64,000 bases of DNA from Eledone cirrhosa (GCA_964016885.1 CAXHJY010001439.1:124001-188000), one strand, 5' to 3'. Shown: positions 14,708 to 28,500, counted from the first letter of the stretch. The notes: generated from the letters alone by a model not told the origin. Translations and numbers: made by a program.

Positions 14708-14915
14708 AAACTCAGACTCAGAAGCTCCCGCGTCTTGCGGCGCATGAGGCAATCATAGTGTTCCACCGCTTTCGGTCAGCAGCCAGTTGCACAGCGTCCC
14801 GCCATTGTCTGTTTGTCGCTCGCAGGTCCCTCTCAAAACCGGAGATTGTATGACGGGTGTCGGCGAAAGTCTCAATGAGGAAGCCGACATCCTGAGGACC
14901 AGAATTCTGTCTGCA
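14708..14915 (-). mobile_element. 3' end of RTE-clade LINE
   Basis: Reverse frame ...RQWRDAVQLAADRKRWNTMIASCAARRGSF* followed by short (ctgagt)n tail; A.DR..W motif typical of RTE ORF C-termini. Confidence 0.7.
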
Positions 14916-15039
14916 AAAACAACCATGGTTCTAAAGGAGGTATTTAAATTTAATTTATTGCTGCTGTGGTGTGTGCCCGGTCGGAGCTGTTGCTTGTAGC
15001 ACTACGTTTAGGTTTTCCTTTAGTTCATTGATAGCATGG

Positions 15040-15089
<50 letters not shown>

Positions 15090-15140
15090 GTATCTCTCTA
15101 TCTCTGTCTGTCTGTCTGTCAGTCTATCTATCTATTGCAC

Positions 15141-15243
<103 letters not shown>

Positions 15244-15271
15244 CGTATATGCATATGTACACCCGCCCCCA

Positions 15272-15305
<34 letters not shown>

Positions 15306-15658
15306 ATATATATATATATGTCCAAAAAATGTAGAGTTATATAGAAACATTTAATAGAAAGCTGTTGAAGTGTGTAAACATGTGTGGGGAGACCCTGTAT
15401 GTTTGCATATATAAATATGTATGTGTATAGGTTTACATGCAAATGCGCATGTGTACCTGTCTATTAACGGTGTGTGGCTTTCAGTCCGTTAAAAAGGAAA
15501 TGCCAAATTGACATCTTCATGCATCCATAAACATACACACACATATATATATATACATACTTTTATATACACACACGCACACACACACACACACACACAT
15601 ATGTGTATATATCTATACTCACATATAAACACACATGAATGCACGTACACACACACAC

Positions 15659-15695
<37 letters not shown>

Positions 15696-16057
15696 CACAT
15701 ATATATACACATACACACATATATATATATATATATACATACATGTATACACTTACACATATCATGCTTCTTGTAATGTGCATTAGTTTATCTGATACAA
15801 ATGTGCAAAAATCTACAAAGTCATTGACTTTCTATCTCCCCACACATGGAGCGAGATTCCTAACAATTATACATGGCTTCGTTTGGCTTGCATATGTCTG
15901 TCTGTATATATATATATATATATCATATATATATATATATATATCATATATATATATATATATATATATGGGTGTGCATATGTATCTATCTCTCTATCTC
16001 TTCTCTCTACCCCTCTCTCTCTATATATATATATGGAGAGAGAGAGACATAAGCACA

Positions 16058-16118
<61 letters not shown>

Positions 16119-16123
<5 letters not shown>

Positions 16124-16276
16124 AACCAGTAAGACCCCGACGGCTGAGCTCAAGCCGTTTCGACCTTGAGCTCAGCCGTCGGGGTCTTACTGGTTCCTAT
16201 TACCCACTCTACTACCCTAAGTATTGAGTACTTTGGTGCGTTATGGTCCACCTAGTTCCCCACCACATTTCCTTCG

Positions 16277-16279
<3 letters not shown>
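16119..16279 (+). mobile_element. Family-A fold-back element (Penelope pLTR-like)
   Basis: Palindrome ataggaaccagtaagaccccgacggctgagctcaag.../...cttgagctcagccgtcggggtcttactggttcctat plus unique 3' tail; (TA)n on both sides. Confidence 0.8.
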
Positions 16280-16350
<71 letters not shown>

Positions 16351-16355
<5 letters not shown>

Positions 16356-16531
16356 TGAGATTCTACAGGACTAGAACTGTTTCATTCATTAGAAATCATC
16401 ATCCTGATGATTTCTAATGAATGAAACAGTTCTAGTCCTGTAGAATCTCATCTATATTAAAACTTTTATACTCTGCTATGTATTAAGTACCTTACTTACT
16501 GTGGTTACCTCCGATTCAACCCGGAATAACG
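16351..16531 (+). mobile_element. Family-B fold-back element, palindrome centred on CTGATGA
   Basis: ...gaaatcatca tcc tgatgatttctaatgaatgaaacagttctag...; ~50-bp perfect arms; (TA)n on both sides. Confidence 0.8.
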
Positions 16532-16600
16532 TATATATATATATATATATATATTTATTTGTTTAGGATTTTTTTGATTTTTATTATTAATAATTCATTT

Positions 16601-16795
16601 AGGCGCTGGATTGGCAGTTTCGGTTGAGGGTCGGACGCCATGCTTTGACGCATAGAGTTACGGCCCTTGCCATTCTGAGTTCAAATACCGCCGAGGTTAA
16701 CTTTGCCTTTCATCCTTAAGGGGGATCGATAACATAAAGTACCAGTAATGCACTGGGGGTAATTGCTGGCCTTGTGCCAAAAATTAGAAACAATT
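16601..16795 (+). mobile_element. Family-1 SINE
   Basis: Full-length match to the other copies. Confidence 0.9.
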
Positions 16796-17071
16796 ATTAA
16801 TAATTTATTTATTCTGTATATATTGTGTATGTGTGATTTAGTGAATTACTGTTGGTGGTACAGACATAAGCACTCGATGTCAGGCAGGGTCTTTACTAGA
16901 GGAAAAAAATCAATAAAGCTTCGTTTACATATATTTGTTTTTATTGGACGATAGACAATGCACATAAAAATACAGGTAAACGAAACTCATTGCTGCTGCT
17001 TCTTCTTCTTCTTCTTCTTCTTCTTCTTCTTCTTCTTCTTCTTCTTCTTCTTCTTCTTCTTCTTCTTCTTC

Positions 17072-17254
<183 letters not shown>

Positions 17255-17257
17255 ATA

Positions 17258-17372
17258 TATAAATGGCTTCTACAAGACTAGAACTGTTTCATTCGGAGGA
17301 AATCATCAGGGAAGCCATTTCTATATTAAATATTTATGTATTGAGTACCTTATTTACTGTGGTTACCCGGGA
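17258..17372. mobile_element. Family-B element with deleted right arm
   Basis: Left arm ...ctagaactgtttcattcggaggaaatcatcagg joined to gaagccatttctatattaaa...gtattgagtacc. Confidence 0.7.
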
Positions 17373-18047
17373 TAAAGAAATGCGCCAGCAGCCGAAGAGT
17401 ATGGTAAAGTTAAGTTAGGTTAATGAATAAAAGATCCCATAACTCCTTGTGGAGTCGTCGAGGCACCGTCATACGGTGTGTCTAGGGCACTTTTAAACCT
17501 GGCGGAGCCCAACCCTCTCCAGGTCTGACCACAGGCGATTTTTTTCTATAGAGGAAAAATCGACCCCAGTACTGGACTGGTACTTTTTTTAACGGCCTCG
17601 AAAATATGAAAGGCGAAGTTGACCACGGTGGGATTTGAACTCAGAATGTGTAGTGAGGTGGGACAAATACCGTAAAGCATTCTATCTGCCAATTCAGTAT
17701 CAATACAGAGTGTATAACCAAAGACTGCAGCAATGTATATAAATATATATATTTTCGTTGACAAATATTTCAATGTGCCCAGACACGCCTTTGGTGTGAC
17801 AGTGTGGTTTTAGCTCAAAGTAGGATAACTGGTACACGTGGATGTATTGCCCTTGGTATGATAGTGTGGTTTTAGCTCAATGTAGGATAACTGGTATACT
17901 ACAGAGCCGTTATAGGTTTAGGAATAACCAAATAAATATATATACATATTTAATATGTGTTCCAAAGAGATTGTTTTGGTAAAAACAGGAGCAAGCAGGA
18001 GAAAGCTCTCAACATTCATAGTCTGTATTTACGATGGAGATTCAGGA

Positions 18048-18240
18048 TAATAATTGTTTCTACTTTTGGCACAAGGCCAGCAATTAACCCCAGTGTATTA
18101 CTGGTACTTTATTTTATCGAGCCCGTAAGGATGAAAGGCAAAGTTAACCTCGGCGGGATTTGAACTCAGACCATAAAGGGCCGTAACTCTTTGCTGCAAA
18201 GCATGGCGTCCGACCCGCTACCGATACTGCCAATCCACCA
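18048..18240 (-). mobile_element. Family-1 SINE
   Basis: Reverse-complement match to the other copies. Confidence 0.9.
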
Positions 18241-18779
18241 ATAATAACATTAATAAAGATGCTGATGTTACATAAATCGTTTATTCATTATAATTATTTC
18301 AACGGTTCTCCCATGCAATCAAGATGTAATTCATGCATTTGTTGCTGTTATGAGAACGGTATCCTCAGATGAAATCCGATTTAGTGATATGAGGCCAGCA
18401 GGAAAAAAACACGTCTTTCTGCTCGTGTGTCCAGCAGACACGTATTTAATATGTAGGCATGTAAACATACCAGAAAATACAAATTTCATTGTAAATTAAA
18501 AAAATAATGGTTAACACCTTTAATCGAGATTCGGACCTTATTGGACCCTCACCAGAAAATGTATAAATCATCCTTAGATATAATAGGTGGATTCTCGATT
18601 GGTATCGGGAAGTGATACAGTTAAAAAAAAGTACTCAAGACATTAGTAGAATGTAGGCATATTATATATATTTTAGATATACATATATATGGTGTATGTG
18701 GTAGTATTGTTGTAGTTTAACCCTAGGTCAACCTTATTGAGCAGGGTTCACGGAGGTTTCAATGTGAATAGGTCACCTG

Positions 18780-20485
18780 GTTGTTGTTGTTGTTTTTGAT
18801 GTTATTGTGGTGGTAGTGGTGATGATAGTGATTGTTGTGGGTGTGGCGGTGGTCGTAGTAGTGGTGGTGTTAGTGATATTGGCAGTAGTTGTGGTGGTGA
18901 ATGTTGTGGCGGTGGTGATGTTGGTTGTGGTGGTGGTAGTAGTAGGGGGATTGTAGTGATGTTGGTAGTAGTTGTGGTGGTGGTAGTGGTGGTGCTAGTG
19001 ATGTTGGTAGTAGTTGTGGTGGTGGTAGAGGTGTTGGTAGTAGTTGTGGTAGTGCTAGTGATGTTGGTAGTAGTTGTGGTGGTGCTAGTAATGTAGGTAG
19101 TAGTTGTGGTGGTGGTGCTAGTGATGTTGGTGGTGGTAGTGGTGTTGGTAGTAGTGTTGGTAGTAGTTGTGGTGGTAATAGTGGTGGTGTTAGTGATGTT
19201 GGTAGTAGTTGTGGTGGTGGTGGTAGTGGTGTTGGTAGTAGTTGTGGTGGTGCTAGTGATGTTGGTGGTAGTGGTGTTGGTAGTAGTGTTGGTAGTAGTT
19301 GTGGTGGTAGCAGTGGTGGTGCTAGTGATGTTGGTAGTAGTTGTGGTGGTGGTAGTGGTGTTGGTAGTGTTTGTGGTGGTGCTAGTGATGTTGGTAGTAG
19401 TTGTGGTGGTGCTAGTGGTGTTGGTAGTAGTTGTGGTGGTGCTAGTGATGTTGGTAGTAGTTGTGGTGGTGGTAGTGGTGTTGGTAGTAGTTGTGGTGGT
19501 GCTAGTGATGTTGGTAGTAGTTGTGGTGGTGGTAGTGGTGTTGGTAGTAGTTGTGGTGGTGCTAGTGGTGTTGGTAGTAGTTGTGGTGGTGCTAGTGATG
19601 TTGGTAGTAGTTGTGGTGGTGGTAGTGGTGTTGGTAGTGTTTGTGGTGGTGCTAGTGATGTTGGTAGTAGTTGTGGTGGTGGTAGTGGTGTTGGTAGTGT
19701 TTGTGGTGGTGCTAGTGATGTTGGTAGTAGTTGTGGTGGTGGTAGTGGTGTTGGTAGTAGTTGTGGTGGTCCTAGTGATGTTGGTAGTAGTTGTGGTGGT
19801 GGTAGTGGTGTTGGTAGTAGTTGTGGTGGTGCTAGTGATGTTGGTAGTAGTTGTGGTGGTGGTAGTAGTTGTGGTGGTGGTAGTGGTGTTGGTAGTAGTT
19901 GTGGTGGTCCTAGTGATGTTGGTAGTAGTTGTGGTGGTGGTAGTGGTGTTGGTAGTAGTTGTGGTGGTGCTAGTGATGTTGGTAGTAGTTGTGGTGGTGG
20001 TAGTAGTTGTGGTGGTGGTAGTGGTGTTGGTAGTAGTTGTGGTGGTCCTAGTGATGTTGGTAGTAGTTGTGGTGGTGGTAGTAGTTGTGGTGGTGGTAGT
20101 GGTGTTGGTAGTAGTTGTGGTGGTCCTAGTGATGTTGGTAGTAGTTGTGGTGGTGGTAGTGGTGTTGGTAGTAGTTGTGGTGGTGGTAGTAGTTGTGGTG
20201 GTGGTAGTGGTGTTGGTAGTAGTTGTGGTCGTGCTAGTGATGTTGGTAGTAGTTGTGGTGGTGGTAGTAGTTGTGGTGGTGGTAGTGGTGTTGGTAGTAG
20301 TTGTGGTCGTGCTAGTGATGTTGGTAGTACTTGTGGTGGTGGTAGTGGTGTTGGTAGTAGTGTTGGTAGTAGTTGTGGTGGTAGTAGTGGTAATAGGGTA
20401 GTATCGGTGGTGGTGGTGAGTGTTGTTAGGGTGGTGGTGGTAATGGTAGTAGTAGAAGTGGTGTTTTTAGTGGTAGTGGTGGGAG
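18780..20485. repeat. GT-rich minisatellite built from (GGT/GTA/GTT)n with a ~30-bp higher-order unit (gctagtgatgttggtagtagttgtggtggt)
   Basis: Columns align at 30/60-bp period over 19320-19860. Confidence 0.9.
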
Positions 20486-20647
20486 GTTAGGGTATAGGGG
20501 GAAACACCATCTTTTTTCATTTTAACGCGATATATATGCGATAGTGTCATTTTCGTAGCATGGCATTTTTACAACTGGTTAAACTATCAACACACACACA
20601 TGTGCATATACACACACATAAATATTTATATACATTCATACACACAC

Positions 20648-20680
<33 letters not shown>

Positions 20681-20776
20681 AACAATACAGACACACACGC
20701 ATATATATAGAGACACAGTATACACGCGCACACACACATATACTAATATATATACAATACACACACACGCACACGC

Positions 20777-20834
<58 letters not shown>

Positions 20835-20854
20835 CAGATACACACACACACATT

Positions 20855-20890
<36 letters not shown>

Positions 20891-20917
20891 CACATACACA
20901 CACATATATATGTACAC

Positions 20918-20953
<36 letters not shown>

Positions 20954-21300
20954 ATATACACGCACACATGCATATACTGACAACACACTCACACACATAT
21001 ATATATATACACACAATACACACACAAACAAAACGAGAAAATGTTGATGTTTCGTTAAAAATCTGTTGTTTTTTTTCTCACCGTCTCTTATCTCGTTTAA
21101 AGAAGGAAAAATAATCCCCCAAAAAACAGAAACAATTCTATTTACAAATATTTTTTTTAACTGATTTTTGTTTGTATATTATATGTAATGTTTTTGTTTG
21201 TTTCTGTTGTGATTTATTATGTTATTTGTTGTTGGTATTGTTGTTGTTATATTTGTTGGTGATGGTCTCTTTCAAAATTGTTTTTGTTTTGGAGGCTCTG

Positions 21301-21331
<31 letters not shown>

Positions 21332-21358
21332 TGTGTGTATGTATATATATATACATAA

Positions 21359-21427
<69 letters not shown>

Positions 21428-21491
21428 GTCTATATATATCATGAAGAGTCGGGACCTGACGGCTGAGCTCTTGCCGTTTCAACAGCTTGTT

Positions 21492-21526
<35 letters not shown>

Positions 21527-21528
<2 letters not shown>

Positions 21529-21998
21529 GGTTTGAGGGTTCACCACTGGACAATTCCGTATGGTTAATCTTGATGTAATAATATGGAGAGTACTCAACGT
21601 AAAGCAGCTCAACCGTCTTCGTTTGTGTTGGTGGTGCGAGTACGGAGTTAAATATTATAATGAAATGACAGGAGGCTGGACTTGTGTAAATCCTTGAAAG
21701 GTTTATTATACTATGATCATTTCAATGACCGGGTTCCGTATGAATCCGGTGATATCATCAGGTATTCGAAATATAATAAATGAATGTAACAGATAAAATC
21801 CATGGGGCTGAAAATCATAGACCCGAGGACGACCGACCATATAGCATCTTCCACTTTAGCCGGTCGCCCTCATTCATTCATTTATTATATTTCGAATACC
21901 TGATGATATCACCGGATTCATACGGAACCCGGTCATTGAAATGATCATAGTATAATAAACCTTTCAAGGATTTACACAAGTCCAGCCTCCTGTTATTT

Positions 21999-22005
<7 letters not shown>
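21527..22005 (-). mobile_element. Fold-back HHR element: ~130-bp inverted arms (21656-21786 / 21874-22005) plus a 3' tail on the minus strand
   Basis: Arms are reverse complements; tail contains gttgagtactc (minus); (TA)n flanks. Confidence 0.8.
21896..21953 (+). ncRNA. Minimal type I hammerhead ribozyme (mirror copy on minus strand ~21707-21765)
   Basis: atac CTGATGA tatc-accgg..ccggt-catt GAAA T gatc ATA gtat; stem III within palindrome ATGATCAT. Confidence 0.75.
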
Positions 22006-22041
<36 letters not shown>

Positions 22042-22089
22042 AATATACTTATAAATGTATATGTATACATATATATATACTTATATACC

Positions 22090-23590
22090 GAAATATGGCT
22101 TTCTCAAGATTCTGTAACTTGTGTATCAAGGACATTTTTTATATAATTAACTGTCAAAACTCTATTAATCTTAAAACAGAATTATTTTTTCTTGCAGACA
22201 TCGCCAAAATTACGCTTTCAGAAGTATTTTTAATTTATGATATTCATTACACTTGACTATATCTTATACACCTTCAAAATGATCCTATTTTCTTCAAAAA
22301 TTTAAATTTGAATTTAAATGTAATTTCTTTTAAATGATCTTCCTTCTTAATTTTTAAATATTTCTACTATTTTTACCTTTTGACATTAATTCCGTTTTAA
22401 TATATATATTTTAAAATATTTTTTACTTCTGACATTATTATTTTCCTAATGACACCCCTCTAAATATACTTTTTTAGATGTAGATTGATAATCTTTAATT
22501 GACATTCTGAAAATGTATCCTCTTTACGATAGTTCTTCGAAATGCACATTACGTTTTTCCTCTCCTTTTGATCTTCAAACTTTCTTCACACATCTTTCGA
22601 CTAAAATAATTAATCTCACACAAAATAATATATAACTTTCTCTATATATTTTCTGAGTAAATCATTCATCAAATTTAACGGTTAACAAACAAGATTGGAG
22701 TTATCTTTCCCTTTTCAATCGTGCAAACATAAACATGATATAATATAATATGTACGATAAACTATATAACTTCACTAAATTAACAATATTCTGAAAACAT
22801 TTTCAATGTTGGAACAAAATATTCCAATCTACAAATTGTTCTCCTCTTACAACTTGAACCACCTGTTTTTATGAAAAATGCAAAATCAAAATCCTTCGTA
22901 ACTCATATTAGAAATGTCAACAACTAATAATTATAAATTATTTCTATTTCTATAATACTAATATATGCACAATTATTAATCTATATATATATTTATATAC
23001 TTATAACCTATTGTAATGTAATAAGATATAATATACTTACAACCATAATTATTCATATAATCTAATTGATTATATATACAATATTATAACTCATAATATA
23101 GCTAAATAAATTTAAATCATATTATTAATTCCCTTTAAGTTAACACAAATACAAGCTCTTCTTCCTTTTTCTTCTTTCTACTCATACATACATATATCCT
23201 AATTATTTAAATTCTGCATAGCGGCTAAAATGACGTTTTTTTCAGCCCTATACCTCAACCTCATTTGCATACTCATCTTAATAATTTGAAATATCTGACT
23301 TTTCTTCTCCTATCCCTTCGCTATCCAAGGAAAACTTGAACCGTTAAGGTATCTTTCTTGGTTATGTCAAAATTCATAAAACAAACTTTGTATTTTATCT
23401 GATGAAAGCGTACCAAAGTTTTGGTACTCTTGAAAAATATATAATAGAATAAATATGGTTTTATAAATATAGTTTCCATTTATTTAATATCATTGAATAT
23501 TATACTCCAGAAAACTTGTCGAGTGCTCTGAATCAGTTATAAACATTTATATTTGTTGAATTACCAACAAATTGAATATCCCTTCTGCTT
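22090..23590 (+). pseudogene. Possible heavily decayed Penelope-like RT region ending in an HHR-bearing family-C terminal repeat
   Basis: Scattered in-order motifs FLDV (~22473) and KIGVIF/LFNRAN with frameshift (~22690-22728), then tattttat CTGATGA...GAAA (23391-23451) and gtcgagtgc tail. Confidence 0.35.
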
Positions 23591-23652
23591 ATTTATATAT
23601 ATATATCTATTTATCTATATATAATATACTTATACACACACACACGCACACG

Positions 23653-23684
<32 letters not shown>

Positions 23685-24539
23685 ACAAACATATGTACAA
23701 ATATATATATAAATGTATCCTTTGTGTATATGTGTAAATATCTTTGTGAAGAGATGCATGTAAAGGACTTTTAAAATAAATAACATTCACTGTTTCCAAA
23801 CATGTCAACGAAAAAATAAAACAAGAAAAAAACTTAAAATATACAAATAAATAAAAAATAAATAGAATTAAAATGAATAAATAAATAAAATATAAAATAA
23901 AAATTAAAGCAAAATATATAAATAAATGGAAAAATAAATAGAATTAAAATAAATAAATAAATAAATAAATAAAATATAAAATAAAAAATAAAGCAAAATA
24001 TGTAAATAAATGGAAAATTAAATAAATTTAGGAAAACAAATTTAAAACTGGTAACGAGAAAACATCATTGGTAGCTACAAGTCTGCTTTTAGATAAAGTA
24101 TATAGTAAGAGAGAAATGGTCGCTCTTTATATTAGATATATCAGGAGTTTAGTCTCTTTCTGGATCACTCGCTTCCTGTACACACACACACACATGCACG
24201 CACGCACACAGAGACACTGAGACACTGACACACATACGCACGCACACAGACACACACACAGACACAGACAGACACACAGACACTGACACACAGACACACA
24301 CACAGACGCACGCACACACAGACAGACATAGAGACACACAGTCACAAACAAACACACAGACAGACACACACATAGTCACACAGACACCACGCGCACACAC
24401 ACATAGTCACACACACATCACGCACGCACAGACACATACACACACAGACACACGCACACACATATACACACCACACACACAGACACACACAAACACACAC
24501 ACACATATATACACACCATACACGTACACGCACACAACA

Positions 24540-25560
24540 TATAACTACAATGGTTTAAATTATTAAACTAAACAAGAACAGTGCCCACAACACCATGATC
24601 CCCTAATAAAAGCCCCAAGCCGCGATACCCTAAAAAACCCAAACATCCCAAACCCCTAAAATTAACAAAAACACCAAAACAACTACAAACTAATAACTAC
24701 AATGGTTAAACATATTAAACTGAACCAGAACAGAGGCCAAAACACCCCAGTCCTTTAAACAAAACCCCTACAAAAACCACGACAAAAATAAATGGTTTAA
24801 AATATTAAACTGAACAAGAACATTATTGCCCCAAACATCCCAAACTCCTTTAACAGCCCACCAAAAGCCCCAAACCCCTAAAATCAACAAAAACACCAAA
24901 AACCACGACAAAAAAATAACTACAATGGTTAACAATATTAATCTGAATAAGAACTTTGGCCCAAACCCCCAAACCCCTAAAACAAAATATCCCAAACCCT
25001 CGAAATCCCTACAATTTACAGAACACCAAAGTTACGACAAAAAAATAACTACAGTGGTTTAAAATATTAAACTGAACACGAACAGTGCGCACAATCCCCA
25101 CAATCCCATAACCCTCCCCCACATCATACAATCCCCTAAAAACACCCCGAACCCTCCAAATCCCTAAAATTAACAAAAACACCAAAAGCACCACAAAACA
25201 TTAACCGCAATAGTTAAAAATATTAACAAGAACAAGAACATTGAAAATTCCTTAAAAAAATACCCCAAACCTTGGAAGCCCCTAAAACCAAGACAAAAAA
25301 AAATATAACTACAATGGCTTAAAATATTAAACTGAACAAGAAAAGTGCCCACAGCACCATGAACCCCTAAAATTTTGGTGTTTTGATGTTTTAATATGAT
25401 TTCAAGTTTGTAGTTTTTTTAGGGGAATGGGAGGGCGTTGTGGGCGCTGTTCTTGTTTAGATTAAACCCCTAAAAACAGCCTAACACTCTATCCCCCTGA
25501 ACCCCTAAAGCCAAGACAAACACCAAAACCTCCTACAAATCAAAAAGAAAAATCATTAAA
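24540..25560. repeat. Degenerate ~100-160-bp A/C-rich tandem repeat with a short inverted copy near its end
   Basis: ataactacaatggtttaaaatattaaactgaacaagaac-like motif recurs ~7 times; 25370-25465 is reverse-complementary. Confidence 0.75.
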
Positions 25561-25933
25561 TAAAAATTAAAATATCTGAATCCATTATAAATCTAGCCGT
25601 TTGTATTGGGTATGCATGAAGTGTCTTGTTAAAGATTTAGTTTTACTAGCAAACAAACTGTTGAACGATGCGGAAGAAACCTGAGTGAGAAGATAGAGAT
25701 TTATGTGTGTATATGAGATAATATCTTATTAATTATACATTAAACCATAAAATATATGATATATGACGGAATCACTTATGTATGTATAATATTTGTGTGC
25801 ATATACATAGAAATATATACATACATATATATGTATATATATATATATATATAATTAATATAATTACGTATATACATACACACACATATATATATATATA
25901 TATGTATATGTATATATGTATGTATATATATGT

Positions 25934-25964
<31 letters not shown>

Positions 25965-25977
25965 CTTGTATCCTAAT

Positions 25978-26031
<54 letters not shown>

Positions 26032-26203
26032 CACACACAAATATATATATATGTATATATAAAATATACGACAGAATGTGTTATGTATGTATAATTAGTT
26101 CTAAATATTTAATCTGTTGTAAAAAATGCTAATATAATAAATTTTAATCCAATCAATTAACTCCAATACACCAACGAAACGAAAACATTGCGTGCTATAT
26201 GTG

Positions 26204-26237
<34 letters not shown>

Positions 26238-26371
26238 TTGTGTACATATATATGTGTGTATATATATATTTATATATATATACATATGAATACATATATG
26301 TATAAGTATATATATAAGTGAATGCTTTGCTGAACGCTAAACGTGCACTTTTACCCGGGAATATGTATCTC

Positions 26372-26458
<87 letters not shown>

Positions 26459-26561
26459 GTGTATGTGTATATGTGTGTATATGTGTGTGTATGTATATAT
26501 ATATATACGTGTGTGTGTGTGTATTTATATATGTGTGTATGTATATAAATGTTTGTATATG

Positions 26562-26594
<33 letters not shown>

Positions 26595-26640
26595 ATTGTA
26601 TGTATCTATCTGTGTATGTACGTATATATGTGTGTATGTG

Positions 26641-26705
<65 letters not shown>

Positions 26706-26988
26706 TGTAACGTAATATAAGACAAAATTATGTTTCAACATGCGTGAAATTAATTGTAGAATTTGCCATGCTTCAGACGATAAATAGAAATTCATTCCCA
26801 TATCCATGTTTGTTTAAAGCTTCATTAATACTACCATTCATTTACTGAAGATGGGGCTACGATGATCCTGAAACTAGAATAGACCTACGTATTTAGGAAC
26901 GACAGTGTTTCATACTGAACCTAAAGAACAATTTACTGATTTGTAATTGTGATTTGTAACTGAGCGTAGTTATATACGCAGACGCATA

Positions 26989-27044
<56 letters not shown>

Positions 27045-27486
27045 CAATGCTTTACGGTATTCGTTGCACCTCATTGCGTGCTCTGAGTTTGAATCTCGCC
27101 GAGGTCAACCTTCCCTTTCATCCTTTCGAGGTCGATAAAAAAAGTACCAGTCCAGTATTGGGGTCTATTCAGACCTGGAGAAGATTGGGCTCCGCGTGGT
27201 TTTATCAAAGCTCTTTCATCGCACATTTTATGACCTCCTCAGTGACTGTTAGTTTTATTTTGTGTAACTCCTTTGTTCTGTCCAACACCCTCTTTTTTTG
27301 TGTTGTATATATAAACAACCATCCGCTTATCGACACAACCAACCAACCGGAAATTTATAGTAAATTGAAGTGAAAACCATCAGGTGCATGTGTGTTTTTA
27401 TTGGCGGCATGACCCTACCAAAGTATAACAATATCTGTTTGAACATAAGTTTTCAGATAAGAAATCTTGCAAAACAAATTAAAAAA

Positions 27487-27524
<38 letters not shown>

Positions 27525-27527
<3 letters not shown>

Positions 27528-27790
27528 ACCTTGATAACCTTGACCGACCAGTCTGTCGGGCGCTAATCGGCGCCGCTGGTCACAGCACGTCGTGCTGTTT
27601 TAGCCATAAGATGACACCATCCCACTGGCTGGGCGGGCAAGCTGGTACTCATTTCTACAGCTGAGTAAACTGGAGCAACGTGAAATAAAGTGTCTTGCTC
27701 AAGGAAACAACACATCACCTGGTCCGAGAATTGAACTCACAACCTTTCGATTGCAAGTCCAATGCTCTAACCACTAAGCCATGCGCCTTC
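27525..27790 (-). mobile_element. SINE family 2 (tRNA head plus CORE-like domain)
   Basis: Reverse strand gaaggcgcatggcttagtggttagagc...gttcaattc...ccttgagcaagacactttatttcacgttgctccag. Confidence 0.8.
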
Positions 27791-27820
27791 ACACACACAC
27801 ACATAAATATATATATATAT

Positions 27821-28013
27821 ATAGGAAAAAGTATGACCCCGACGGCAGAGCTCAAGCCGTTTCGACGGCGATTTCTATACCAGAAATAGCCGTCGAAACG
27901 GCTTAAGCTCTGCCGTCGGGGTCATACTTTTTCCTATTTCATACTCTATTACCCTAAGTATTGAGTACTCTAGTGCGTTAAGGTCCATCTGGTTCCTTAT
28001 CACAATTCCTTTG

Positions 28014-28016
<3 letters not shown>
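27821..28016 (+). mobile_element. Family-A fold-back element
   Basis: Palindrome centred in gacggc-gatttctataccagaaata-gccgtc, then GAAACGGC..GCCGTC and the shared tail. Confidence 0.85.
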
Positions 28017-28073
<57 letters not shown>

Positions 28074-28231
28074 GCGTGTGTGTGTGTGCGTGTGTGTGTG
28101 AGTATTTCCGTAGAGAAAGAAGAGTGCTCTATGTATAGTACAGAGCTATTTAATTACATAATAAAACAGCACACAATAATTATTCCAATACCAAGCGTCT
28201 AGTTCATTTATCAGATGAAATATCTTCGATA

Positions 28232-28301
28232 TTTCATCTGATGAACGAACTGGACGTTTCTGTTAGAATCGTCTAACTTCGTGAAACCTTGTGTAATGGA
28301 A
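28232..28301 (+). ncRNA. Type I hammerhead ribozyme with long stem II, overlapping a short palindrome (28197-28256)
   Basis: tttcat CTGATGA acgaa-tggacg-ttct..agaa-cgtcta-ttcgt GAAAC cttgt GTA atggaa. Confidence 0.65.
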
Positions 28302-28324
28302 AAATTATATTGTTGTTTATTATA

Positions 28325-28388
28325 TTGGGTTGTAACATAAAGTCCTGCCGTTGCTATAAAAACGGCGGGAAATTATGTTACAACCTAA
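28325..28388. mobile_element. Tiny mariner-like MITE
   Basis: TA-ttgggttgtaacataa ... ttatgttacaacctaa-TA. Confidence 0.75.
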
Positions 28389-28420
28389 TATATATACATA
28401 CATAAATATATATATATATA

Positions 28421-28500
28421 TTGGGTTGTAACATAGATTTCCGCCGTTTTTTTATTAAGATTAGTTTTATAGCAACGGCGGGAATTTATGTTGTAACCCA

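Noticed and set aside
19106-20401. 431-aa Val-rich ORF, or mucin-like Thr-rich reverse frame
   Set aside because: Pure GGT/GTA minisatellite with no splice or domain context.
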